A stretch of DNA of 32,000 nucleotides from Acaryochloris marina MBIC11017 (GTDB taxonomy: Bacteria; Cyanobacteriota; Cyanobacteriia; Thermosynechococcales; Thermosynechococcaceae). The stretch is taken from positions 1,950,001 through 1,982,000 of the forward strand of contig NC_009925.1 in NCBI RefSeq assembly GCF_000018105.1. Reading direction: 5' to 3'. The stretch's first letter is position 1; every line of letters starts with the position of its first letter. The translations under genes were made by a program, and so were the position numbers. Below the pieces are notes generated by a model. The model ran no database searches, was not told the origin of the DNA, and saw only the letters and a list, made by a program, of their open reading frames with translations. Positions 1 to 8,545 of this stretch are shown here, in pieces.

Positions 1-369
1 GTTGCCATTTTTCTTCACTACGGACAGACGATAGTCCAAGGCGTAGTCCTGCCCAGCTTGGCGAATGGAATACCCATTACTATCCGTACTCCGTCCACAG
101 ATACCCGTGAAGTCAAACTGGAGGAGCAAAGGCTCGATAACGCCAGGCTGATCCGCTTTTTCTTCCCAGCAGGCTTGGGTCGATGAGATTTGCTCCAGAA
201 TAATCAGGTTATATTGCTTCCCTTCTGCAAACGGAACTGCGATCGCAATAAATTTACTTTGGTCCACTTCCTCCTGACCAAAGGTATAAGCCTGGGCTGC
301 ATGCGGAATCAACAGCCCCAGAAATAGGCTGGAGACCGAAACCGCAACCCGACTTAAATGATATTTCAT
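1..369 (-). CDS. Secreted DUF3747-like protein. N-terminal 123 aa only; the C-terminus runs off the left edge.
   Basis: I translated the minus strand manually from the ATG at 369. The frame stays open to position 1: MKYHLSRVAVSVSSLFLGLLIPHAAQA (signal peptide), then YTFGQEEVDQSKFIAIAVPF...LLLQFDFTGICGRSTDSNGYSIR. From memory this resembles the cyanobacterial DUF3747 family. It is absent from the ORF track because it is truncated by the window edge. Confidence 0.6.
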   Translation of the reverse strand, partial: MKYHLSRVAVSVSSLFLGLLIPHAAQAYTFGQEEVDQSKFIAIAVPFAEGKQYNLIILEQISSTQACWEEKADQPGVIEPLLLQFDFTGICGRSTDSNGYSIRQAGQDYALDYRLSVVKKNGN

Positions 370-889
370 GACTCCTATCCGCTTCCCAAAATGTGAGTGA
401 TTTGCTGTTAAAGCTGGCCAAACTTTCTAGAAATTTCCATACCAAGTCTGTGAGCTGAACTCAGATTTACTCGGCTGCAAAATCCCATTCAACTCAAAAT
501 TAAAATGGCCGGTGGTGCCAAATTTTATCCTATTTTTTACTCAAAACTAAAAGTGAAATATAAGTTAACAAATGCCTCTATTTTCTAGAGTCGAAGAGCC
601 AGAGTTAATTGAGTATAAATAGCTATTTAAGCTCTAGGATCTGGACCCTAAATTCAGATATCGATCAAATGATTCACTTTGACCAAAATGCATTTTTTGA
701 CACCATAAATCTTGCTATTTCTTTGCTGAGATCTTGGGCATCACACCTATAGAAATATGCAAATTAATTCTAATTTTATTTTCAAAAGATAATATAGTTG
801 ACCAAAATTTTTTTCAGGGTTTCTCCAGGATTGGGCGAATGATCTAAACGCCCGTTCAATTCGCTCTTCAAACGGTCCATCCTGACAGT

Positions 890-1369
890 ATGAATAGAAA
901 ACGCATGGCTCACCCCATTTATGCCTGGGGCTATCTCTTCGGTCTACTGATGGCCTATGGGGCTGTGGGGTGGATTTTGGCAGCTTATGCCGCCCCCCTA
1001 ATGATGTGGATGTGGACCCTTCTGCTGATTGCCTATGTTGCCTGGGCAGATACTGGTGCGATCGCAGGTGCAATGCTATGGGTCGTTTCCGTCGTGTGGA
1101 TCGCTGCATACACCACCGCAACCCCCTTACTAATGCACTGGAAAGGGCCAACTTGGGCAATCTCATTAGTAGGGGTGTGGATATTCGCCATTGGGGTTGT
1201 CCTGTTGCTGGCATTTGCTCGATCAGCAATTCAGGCGTTGGGCTGGTCTCGACAAAAGACTTTTTATCGTCTGCTGATGCTCACAGGCGCAGGCTTGATC
1301 ATCGGTCGTTTACTTTATGTGGGATCAATGCTTACTCCCCAAGCGATGGCCCTACTCTACATGACTTAG
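890..1369 (+). CDS. Hypothetical multi-pass membrane protein
   Basis: 159-aa ORF that is hydrophobic almost throughout, with 4-5 predicted TM helices rich in W, A, L and V. No family recognised. The overlapping ORFs 747..1229(-) and 970..1461(+) have low-complexity, Arg/Cys-rich composition typical of shadow frames. Confidence 0.55.
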   Translation: MNRKRMAHPIYAWGYLFGLLMAYGAVGWILAAYAAPLMMWMWTLLLIAYVAWADTGAIAGAMLWVVSVVWIAAYTTATPLLMHWKGPTWAISLVGVWIFAIGVVLLLAFARSAIQALGWSRQKTFYRLLMLTGAGLIIGRLLYVGSMLTPQAMALLYMT

Positions 1370-1387
1370 TTACAGGAGATACCTCGG

Positions 1388-1942
1388 TTGCCTCAATCCT
1401 CATTTTCCAAAGATCGAAATCACACCACCCCCAAAGACCAGAACGCCATATCTTCAACTGATACTCCGTCACAGCCGATCTCTGGGGCTGACTATATCAA
1501 ACATATCGATCCCAGTCTTTTATCCAATTTAAATACATCCCAAGTACTGGAGATAAAGAAATTTATTAGTAAAGCCATTGCCCATGAAGTGACTCAAAAA
1601 ACAGCCCATTTAAGTATCAATCATAATCAGGCAGAAAGTCAGGATTTCACCTGCAAAAAGCGTAGATCAAAACTCATAGATATTCGCTTTGTCATTGACT
1701 TATTGTTCTCACGTTTTTACGTTGTATTAATGGTGGGCAAAGACATCCGCAAAGGCCAGCGTTCTTATCCCACATCTCGCGCAACTAAAGCAGGCAATAT
1801 GATCGCTGCTTTTATTCTAATTGTGGCGATGAACCTACTCATCTCTGCCATCTTGCTATTAGGTCTTTATTTACTCAAGTCGGCTCTAAATATTGACTTA
1901 ATGCCTGGACATTTTTCAGATCAATTAGAAATCTTAAAATAA
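1388..1942 (+). CDS. Hypothetical protein with a polar N-terminal half and a C-terminal TM segment
   Basis: 184-aa ORF with a TTG start at 1388. An AGGAG Shine-Dalgarno sequence (1374-1378) lies 9 nt upstream and there is no in-frame ATG until aa ~115. The C-terminal hydrophobic helix is MIAAFILIVAMNLLISAILLLGLYLL. No family recognised. Confidence 0.5.
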   Translation: MPQSSFSKDRNHTTPKDQNAISSTDTPSQPISGADYIKHIDPSLLSNLNTSQVLEIKKFISKAIAHEVTQKTAHLSINHNQAESQDFTCKKRRSKLIDIRFVIDLLFSRFYVVLMVGKDIRKGQRSYPTSRATKAGNMIAAFILIVAMNLLISAILLLGLYLLKSALNIDLMPGHFSDQLEILK

Positions 1943-2036
1943 TAAGGATATTAACACTCTTCTACCTCAGTTGAGTGCTTGTTTAGACTCAACCACTTGA
2001 TAGGATAGAAAAGGTTTATTCGTAATACTTTTTTTA

Positions 2037-3074
2037 ATGATGAATGCAAACTCGACCCTTTATCGCATCTTGGATGCCAACCTCGATCGAGCACGGGAAG
2101 GGTTGCGGGTGATTGAAGAATGGTGTCGATTTGGTCTAGAAGATTCTCAGATGAGTGCTCAGTGCAAGCAACTCCGCCAGGAATTGGCCCATTGGCATCA
2201 TCCCCCCTTACGGATGGCCCGAGATACCCCCAATGATCCAGGCACCCAGCTCACCCATCCCCAAGAGGCAATCCGTACTGACTTGCCGACGGTTGTACAA
2301 GCCAATCTTTGCCGGGTACAAGAAGCCCTGCGAGTCCTAGAGGAATACAGCAAGATTTACGATACCCAGATGGCAGCGGCCTGTAAGCAGATGCGATATC
2401 AGGTGTATACCCTAGACACTCAACTCCAGCCTCGCCATCGCTTGCAGCAATTACTTGATGCGCCGCTCTATCTAGTCACGTCCCCCAGCGACCAGTTGAC
2501 CGCCGTCGTCGAAGCCGCCTTAAAGGGAGGACTAAAGCTGGTTCAATATCGAGAGAAACAAGCGGACGACGATCAGCGCTTGGCCGTTGCCCAGACTTTA
2601 TGTCGGCTATGCCATCAATATAATGCTCTGTTTATCGTCAATGATCGAATTGATATTGCTGTAGCCGTGGATGCCGATGGGGTTCACTTAGGACAGCAAG
2701 ACATGACTATGGCGGTGGCCCGTCAAATGTTAGGCCCCGGTAAGCTAGTAGGGCGCTCCACCACCAATCCGCAAGAAATGGAAAGAGCCATCCAAGAAGA
2801 AGCAGACTATATTGGCGTCGGCCCCATCTATGAAACCCCTACCAAAGCAGGCAAAGCTGCCGTTGGTCATGAGTACATTCGCTATGCCAATCAACATGCA
2901 CCCATGCCCTATTACGCCATCGGCGGCATTAACGAGTCCAATCTTGGCGAAGTCTTGGCCGCAGGCGCCCAACGGGTAGCTGTGGTGAGAGCGATTATGC
3001 ATGCCCCTTCCCCAACCCAGGCTGTCCAACAGATGTTAAAGCAGTTTCCACAAACATCTGCTCCAGCCCCATAA
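2037..3074 (+). CDS. thiE: Thiamine-phosphate synthase, long cyanobacterial form with a ~130-aa N-terminal extension
   Basis: The C-terminal ~210 aa carry ThiE hallmarks: LYLVT, VQYREK, FIVNDRIDIAVAVDADGVHLGQQD, GRSTTN, ADYIGVGPIYETPTK and YYAIGGI. The N-terminal domain (YRILDANLDRAREGLRVIEEWCRF) is typical of ~340-aa cyanobacterial ThiE. thiS lies directly downstream. Confidence 0.9.
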   Translation: MMNANSTLYRILDANLDRAREGLRVIEEWCRFGLEDSQMSAQCKQLRQELAHWHHPPLRMARDTPNDPGTQLTHPQEAIRTDLPTVVQANLCRVQEALRVLEEYSKIYDTQMAAACKQMRYQVYTLDTQLQPRHRLQQLLDAPLYLVTSPSDQLTAVVEAALKGGLKLVQYREKQADDDQRLAVAQTLCRLCHQYNALFIVNDRIDIAVAVDADGVHLGQQDMTMAVARQMLGPGKLVGRSTTNPQEMERAIQEEADYIGVGPIYETPTKAGKAAVGHEYIRYANQHAPMPYYAIGGINESNLGEVLAAGAQRVAVVRAIMHAPSPTQAVQQMLKQFPQTSAPAP

Positions 3075-3216
3075 AGTCGGTCTAGAAGAGAGACCACATT
3101 GGCGCATTCTATACCTCCAGCTCATCCACCAAGCTTCAGGATTTATTTTTGATCGTGAACCTAATATGGAAAGAGACGCCCCCCTATCGAATCGCTTTTG
3201 GGACTGATTCCTCCAA

Positions 3217-3426
3217 ATGAAAATGATTAATATCCAAGTCAATGGAGAGCGACAAACCTGCGCACCCAGCATGTTATTGCCAGAATTTCTGGTACAGTTA
3301 AACCTCAATCCTCGCCTCGTGGCGGTAGAATACAATGGCGAAATTCTGCATCGACAGTTTTGGGAAACCACCCACTTGCAGATGGGAGATCGCTTAGAAA
3401 TCGTAACGATTGTTGGCGGCGGCTAA
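3217..3426 (+). CDS. thiS: Thiamine biosynthesis sulfur-carrier protein ThiS
   Basis: 69 aa with a ubiquitin-like ThiS pattern (INGE...VAVEYNGEIL...L..GD.LEIVT.VGGG). It ends in the C-terminal Gly-Gly and sits next to thiE. Confidence 0.85.
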   Translation: MKMINIQVNGERQTCAPSMLLPEFLVQLNLNPRLVAVEYNGEILHRQFWETTHLQMGDRLEIVTIVGGG

Positions 3427-3608
3427 GCAACCCTCAGCGCGATCTCAAGTCACGATTCTGAAGTTCAGTCATTGTCTTGGAGTCTTTCTAAACCAGTGTG
3501 TACCTGAGCTGCATAGCTCTATCAGAAATATTGGTCATTTGTCAATGCTTTACCCAGACAATGTTGTTAAAATAAGTAACAGAGTTTAACAAAGGCAATC
3601 ATCAGGTT

Positions 3609-4772
3609 ATGGGCCGTGTCGGTGTTCTATTACTGAATCTAGGGGGACCAGAACAGCTAAAGGATGTACGTCCTTTTTTGTATAACCTGTTTGCTGACCC
3701 AGAAATTTTACGACTGCCATTTGCCTGGATGCAAAAGCCTTTTGCCGGGTTAATTTCAACCATGCGAGCCCGAACGTCTCGGGACAACTATCGGCAAATC
3801 GGAGGCGGATCCCCTCTACGACGGATCACCGAAGCCCAAGCCCACGCGCTCCAAGACGACTTACAGGCTAAGGGATGTGACGCCCAGGTCTATATCGGTA
3901 TGCGTTACTGGCACCCTTTTACAGAAGAGGCCGTCAACCGCATTAAACAGGATGGCATTGAAGAGCTGGTTATCCTGCCCTTGTATCCTCAGTTTTCTAT
4001 TAGTACGAGTGGTTCAAGTATCCGGTTATTGGAAAAGATTTGGTCTGAAGATCCAGCATTACAAAAAATCAAGTACACCGTTATCTCCTCTTGGCACGAT
4101 CGCCCTGGCTATGTTCAAGTTATGGCCGACTTTTTGCGTCAAGAGCTGGATCAATTTGAGAATCCAGACCAAACGACCGTATTTTTTAGCGCCCATGGCG
4201 TCCCTCTCAGCTATGTGACTGAATCAGGAGACCCCTATCAGCAGGAGATTGAAGCCAGTACCCAGCTGATCATGGAAGCGTTAAAACGCCCTAATCCCCA
4301 TATCTTGGCCTATCAAAGCCGAGTGGGACCGATGGAGTGGTTACGCCCCTACACCACGAATGTGATTGCCCATTTAGGTCAGCAAGGGGTTAAAGATTTA
4401 GTGGTGGTTCCCATTAGCTTTATCTCGGAACATATCGAGACGCTCCAAGAAATCGATATGGAATACCGGCATTTAGCGCTAGAGTCAGGCATTGAAAATT
4501 TTCGCCGGATGCCAGCTGTCAATACCCATCCAGACTTTATTGATACCCTCAGTGAGATGGTGCTGGAATATCTGGACAAGCCTTCCCTTAGGTTCTCTCA
4601 AGTTTTTCGCCCCCAGAAAAAGATCAAGCTGTATCCTCAAGAGCGTTGGGAATGGGGGATGACCACCACAGCAGAGCGCTGGAATGGTCGCTTTGCGATG
4701 GTCGGCTTTATTGCATTACTGGTTGAACTGATCAGCGGTTATGGTCCCCTGCATTTAGCGGGGCTACTTTAA
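3609..4772 (+). CDS. hemH: Ferrochelatase with a C-terminal CAB/Hlip-type chlorophyll-binding helix
   Basis: [15 protein letters not shown]...[11 protein letters not shown]...[13 protein letters not shown]...FSAHGVP...[15 protein letters not shown] is classic HemH. The C-terminal [22 protein letters not shown] is the CAB motif found on cyanobacterial and plastid ferrochelatase. Confidence 0.95.
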   Translation: MGRVGVLLLNLGGPEQLKDVRPFLYNLFADPEILRLPFAWMQKPFAGLISTMRARTSRDNYRQIGGGSPLRRITEAQAHALQDDLQAKGCDAQVYIGMRYWHPFTEEAVNRIKQDGIEELVILPLYPQFSISTSGSSIRLLEKIWSEDPALQKIKYTVISSWHDRPGYVQVMADFLRQELDQFENPDQTTVFFSAHGVPLSYVTESGDPYQQEIEASTQLIMEALKRPNPHILAYQSRVGPMEWLRPYTTNVIAHLGQQGVKDLVVVPISFISEHIETLQEIDMEYRHLALESGIENFRRMPAVNTHPDFIDTLSEMVLEYLDKPSLRFSQVFRPQKKIKLYPQERWEWGMTTTAERWNGRFAMVGFIALLVELISGYGPLHLAGLL

Positions 4773-4773
4773 G

Positions 4774-6606
4774 CTATAGCTTTTTAGAAAGTTCAGCCTT
4801 CCAGAGTTTGTGCCAGTGGCTGCGGACAGCCCGGTTGGCATCGTACATCGTCGAATACCGTGCTTGGATATTAAAGTGGCACATCTGAGCGAAAATCTGA
4901 GCTGTCGCCTGGTGCAGTTCAGCCAATTCTGGATCATCCCCTGGTGCTGATAGTTGTAAGGCTTGCAAAAAGATTTTGCCCACCACGTATTGGTCCGTTT
5001 CAGGTTTAAAGGTACCGTAGCTAATTTCTGGGGCTAAAATATCGCCTTGATCCTGAAGCAGTTTTTGATATTGTGGATATTGAAGACTAAGCTTACTGAG
5101 AATACGGGGGACTACCCCATAGTCAATCAGGACTAGTTTTTTACCTTTCTCATTGGGCTGTAGAAAACAATCGGGATGCGGATGACTATGGACCAGATCG
5201 GCCTGATGCAGAATTTCAACAATCGTTAAGACTTCATCTGCAAACTTACAGGTCATGCGGGGATTTAAGGGAGCCTTGGAGGCCAATACTTTACTCAGCA
5301 GGGCCCCTTCAACATGTTCATGCACCACATACAGGACTTCACTATCCTGTAAAAAGCTGAGCACCGGAAGACATTGCACATGGGGAGCTAGCTGTTTCAA
5401 AGTCGTCATCTCAGCTAAAAACAGCTCTTGAACCGACTGCAAAACCTCTGAATTATTGGTGTCTAGTCGAAAGGTATGAACAATTCGCAGGGGAGTATCC
5501 GGTTCTTGCAGATCTTGGGCAATAACCGTTTGTCCGAAGGCATGCTTGCTAATTACTTCAACCAAGCGAAAGTGGTCATCCCAAAAAGAGGGTTGAGGAG
5601 CCGCTGTAACGGTCGATTCTAATAACTGCTGTCGGGCAGCGACTGAGGCTTCACGGGTTTTGAGATGACTTTGAATACGTGCCAGGGCAACGGGCAAATC
5701 AATGGGCTTCGTAATGTAATCATTGGCCCCTAGTTCTAGGGCTTCGACCACATTTTCGCTGGCATCTTTGGCTGTTGCCATAATCACCGGCAGCTCTTCC
5801 TGGGAATAGATCTGCCGAATACGCTTCAGGGTCTCAATCCCCCCAATGCCTGGCATCATAATATCCAGTAAGACCAGAGCAATATCAGTGGTGGCCATCA
5901 GTTCCAAGGCTGCTTCACCACTGTCTGCTAACGCCACTTCATAGCCTTTACGCTGAAGACGCCGACTCAACATATCCCGGTTCGCCTCGACATCATCCAC
6001 GACTAGTAATGTCGGTGTCGTCGGTTCAAGGGCAGACGTTGGGGGAGGAGAGGAGGGCCGGGGTGTAGCTGCAACCAGGGGAGTCGCCCCACTCACTTCT
6101 TGTTGATCTGCTGAAGCTGTTCTAGCAGTAGCGGTGACCAATTGCTCAGAACGGGGAATATCGGGGGTCGCAACGGCGTTAGGGGCTGGCGTTGCTTTTG
6201 CCACAGCTTCTAAAGGTTGTGATGGCGCTGATGGTTCTTGAGTCTTTTGCAATAGGGTTTCAATTTTTTGCAACAGCCGCTTCAGATCAACAGGTTTAGT
6301 ATCGTAATCATCACACCCTGCCGCTAGAGCCTCTTCTCGATCACCCACCATTGCATGGGCCGTAAGGGCAATAATTGGAATAGTGGCGGTCTGGTCTCCA
6401 GCTTTGAGGGTTCTCGTCGCTTCCCAGCCATTCATCACGGGTAAGCTCATATCCATAAGAATCAGATCAGGCTGTTCCGTTAGCGCCTTCGTGACGCCTT
6501 CACCGCCATCAACTGCAATCACAACATCATATCCTCGGCGCTTCAAGCGACGTCCGAGCATGTCGCGGTTAAGTTCATTATCTTCAACTAAAAGAATCTT
6601 CGGCAT
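4774..6606 (-). CDS. Response regulator with two receiver (REC) domains and a C-terminal degenerate Ser/Thr-kinase-like (pseudokinase) domain
   Basis: REC1 spans aa ~3-120 (LLVEDN..., LILMDMSLP, ALTAH, DTKP). A Pro/Ala/Ser/Thr-rich linker follows. REC2 spans aa ~200-320 (LLVVDD..., LLDIMMP, MATAK, ITKP). The C-terminal ~255 aa follow the protein-kinase subdomain order (LAEM..LKQL, LYVVHEHVEG, DYG, APE), but the catalytic loop reads HSHPHPDC instead of HRDLKPEN. Confidence 0.85.
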   Translation of the reverse strand: MPKILLVEDNELNRDMLGRRLKRRGYDVVIAVDGGEGVTKALTEQPDLILMDMSLPVMNGWEATRTLKAGDQTATIPIIALTAHAMVGDREEALAAGCDDYDTKPVDLKRLLQKIETLLQKTQEPSAPSQPLEAVAKATPAPNAVATPDIPRSEQLVTATARTASADQQEVSGATPLVAATPRPSSPPPTSALEPTTPTLLVVDDVEANRDMLSRRLQRKGYEVALADSGEAALELMATTDIALVLLDIMMPGIGGIETLKRIRQIYSQEELPVIMATAKDASENVVEALELGANDYITKPIDLPVALARIQSHLKTREASVAARQQLLESTVTAAPQPSFWDDHFRLVEVISKHAFGQTVIAQDLQEPDTPLRIVHTFRLDTNNSEVLQSVQELFLAEMTTLKQLAPHVQCLPVLSFLQDSEVLYVVHEHVEGALLSKVLASKAPLNPRMTCKFADEVLTIVEILHQADLVHSHPHPDCFLQPNEKGKKLVLIDYGVVPRILSKLSLQYPQYQKLLQDQGDILAPEISYGTFKPETDQYVVGKIFLQALQLSAPGDDPELAELHQATAQIFAQMCHFNIQARYSTMYDANRAVRSHWHKLWKAELSKKL

Positions 6607-6654
6607 GTAATGATGGCCTCTCTAATCCCTGAGGTGTGTGAATCGCTGGCTAGA

Positions 6655-7107
6655 TTAACTGGCTTGAGGCTTCACCAGAATGGCATCACCTTCTACTTTG
6701 ATGTCATAGCTTTCTAGCGGCTCAGAGGCAGGTCCTTTAGCAACAGCTCCATCCGGTGTATAGGTGGAACCATGGCAAGCACAGAAAATATCTTGAGAGT
6801 CCTGTTTCCAATCTACGGGGCAACCCTGATGGGTACATGTTGGATTAAGCGCATGAAGGGTATCAGCGTTCTTTGGATCTCTCACCACTAGAACTTTTTG
6901 GTTCCCTTTCAAGGTTTGCAGAATACGGCCATTTTTGTCTAAGTCTTGGGTCTGGCCCACCTTGATAAACCCACCTGGGGTCGCTTCAGCTTTAGGCGCT
7001 GGGGTTGAGGAGGTTGAAGTCCGGTTCGTACAGGCCCCAATCACAACAGAGACGATTCCTGAAATCCAACTTAAGGTCAACCATGACAAAACTTTTCGGC
7101 GGTTCAT
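6655..7107 (-). CDS. Small Rieske [2Fe-2S] protein (PetC3-like), probably a Tat-exported lipoprotein
   Basis: Rieske motifs CTHQGC...CACHGS lie about 17 residues apart. The N-terminus MNRRKVLSW...VVIGAC has a twin-Arg motif plus a lipobox-like Cys. At 150 aa its size matches small cyanobacterial Rieske paralogues. Confidence 0.85.
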   Translation of the reverse strand: MNRRKVLSWLTLSWISGIVSVVIGACTNRTSTSSTPAPKAEATPGGFIKVGQTQDLDKNGRILQTLKGNQKVLVVRDPKNADTLHALNPTCTHQGCPVDWKQDSQDIFCACHGSTYTPDGAVAKGPASEPLESYDIKVEGDAILVKPQAS

Positions 7108-7519
7108 ACTGAAATCTTAAGAAACGAGATCCACAATAGTTTACTAGCTGATGGGAGTTTCCCTTGAAAAATAATAGGGAATAAATACACACAGACTAGA
7201 ATTAGTTTGCCCATGCCAACGCTATAAACTGAACTTCAAAAACATTTATTTGTCGACCCAAAACAACCAATAATTGACGCTAAACTCTGTGAATCTCAGT
7301 ATAGACTTACATTTTGAGTTTATTACAAATAATTGACCTAACTCCCTTAAATTCCTATCATTGCGATATTTTTATTTACAAATATCTTGTTGAAAGAGAC
7401 CCATATTTGGGCAAACTAAGGGTTGGAGACAGAGTAGAATTATTGTTCTCGAAAGTCTTCTTTAACTCTTATGTAAAAAATGCATCAACGTTTAGAGAAA
7501 TGCTATCTCCAGGAGGGTC

Positions 7520-8545
7520 TTGGGCGTGAACAGACTGTTTAAAAAACGCCATCTAGTATTGATTGTTTTGTTCGCAGTTGCATCGCTACTGTCATTACAA
7601 CTGGCACGGATGACGGAGCAACCTGTGATTGCAAAACTAGGCCCCCCCATTACCGCAGCTGGAGATGAGCCGATTGAGCCGATTCCGATGCAGGTTTCAT
7701 TAAATATGGAGAAAGTGGTTCTGGGCAAACAATTGTTCCATGATCCTAAACTCTCTAAAACCAATGATATTTCTTGTGCCAGCTGTCATGATTTAACGAT
7801 GGGGGGGACCGATCGCCTACCGGTTTCCATTGGCATCAACGGTGAGAAAGGTTCTATCAACTCCCCCACCGTATTTAATAACAGCTTTCACTTTAAGCAA
7901 TTTTGGGATGGCCGAGCTTCAAGTCTAGAAGAGCAAATCGAAGGTCCTGTCCATGCGGGGAATGAAATGGGATCGAGTTGGCCAGAAATTATTGGCAAGC
8001 TCAAGCAGTCACCTGAATATGTGAATGCCTTTAACAAACTCTATGAGAGTGACATTTCCGCGGACCATATCAAAGATGCGATCGCAACCTTCGAGCGCTC
8101 CCTCTATACCCCCAATTCAAAATTTGACCAATTCCTCCGGGGCAATGCTGACGCTCTAACCCAAGACGAAAAAGAAGGCTATCGACGCTTCAAAGGGTAT
8201 GGCTGCGTCGCCTGCCACCAGGGCGTGCTGCTCGGTGGCAATATGTATCAGAAATTTGGGGTTTTTGGTGACTACATCAAAGACCGGGGGAATGAAACTA
8301 AAGCGGATCTGGGACGCTACAACGTCACTGGCAAAGAAGACGACCGCTACATGTTTAAGGTACCGAGCTTAAGAAATATCGCCTTAACTGCCCCCTATTT
8401 TCATGATGGCTCCTCTCAAACCCTAGATGAAGCTGTCAAAATCATGGTCAAATATCAACTCGGTCGCGAAGCAGATCAGAAAGACATTGACCTAATTATC
8501 AAATTCTTAAACACCTTAAATGGTGAAATCAAAGAGGTCGCCTAA
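7520..8545 (+). CDS. Di-haem cytochrome c peroxidase (CCP/MauG family), periplasmic
   Basis: Two CxxCH haem motifs (CASCHD, CVACHQG), the CCP signatures FKVPSLRNIALTAPYFHDGS and FWDGRASSLEEQ, and an N-terminal signal peptide. The track start is TTG at 7520. GTG at 7526 has better spacing to the AGGAGGG sequence at 7511-7517 and may be the true start. Confidence 0.9.
   Translation: MGVNRLFKKRHLVLIVLFAVASLLSLQLARMTEQPVIAKLGPPITAAGDEPIEPIPMQVSLNMEKVVLGKQLFHDPKLSKTNDISCASCHDLTMGGTDRLPVSIGINGEKGSINSPTVFNNSFHFKQFWDGRASSLEEQIEGPVHAGNEMGSSWPEIIGKLKQSPEYVNAFNKLYESDISADHIKDAIATFERSLYTPNSKFDQFLRGNADALTQDEKEGYRRFKGYGCVACHQGVLLGGNMYQKFGVFGDYIKDRGNETKADLGRYNVTGKEDDRYMFKVPSLRNIALTAPYFHDGSSQTLDEAVKIMVKYQLGREADQKDIDLIIKFLNTLNGEIKEVA

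Noticed and set aside
254-445. 63-aa minus-strand ORF from the track
   Set aside because: It is out of frame with, and overlaps, the better-supported edge-truncated ORF 1..369(-). That ORF has a signal peptide and a conserved-looking mature region.
747-1461. ORFs 747..1229(-) and 970..1461(+) overlapping the 890..1369 membrane-protein gene
   Set aside because: Their Arg/Cys/His-rich, low-complexity translations are typical of off-frame readings of a hydrophobic gene. Only one frame gives coherent TM helices.
3075-3216. Possible TPP riboswitch between thiE and thiS
   Set aside because: I looked for the conserved THI-box elements (CUGAGA and ACCUGAUCUGGAUAAUGCCAGCG-like segments) and found none. 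In cyanobacteria the TPP riboswitch normally precedes thiC rather than thiS.
7314-7529. 71-aa ORF in the A/T-rich divergent spacer upstream of the peroxidase gene
   Set aside because: It has a TTG start, no SD and A/T-driven composition (Phe/Tyr/Lys/Asn/Leu), and it runs into the peroxidase start. It is more likely promoter or regulatory DNA. I could not define -35/-10 boxes confidently enough to annotate them.
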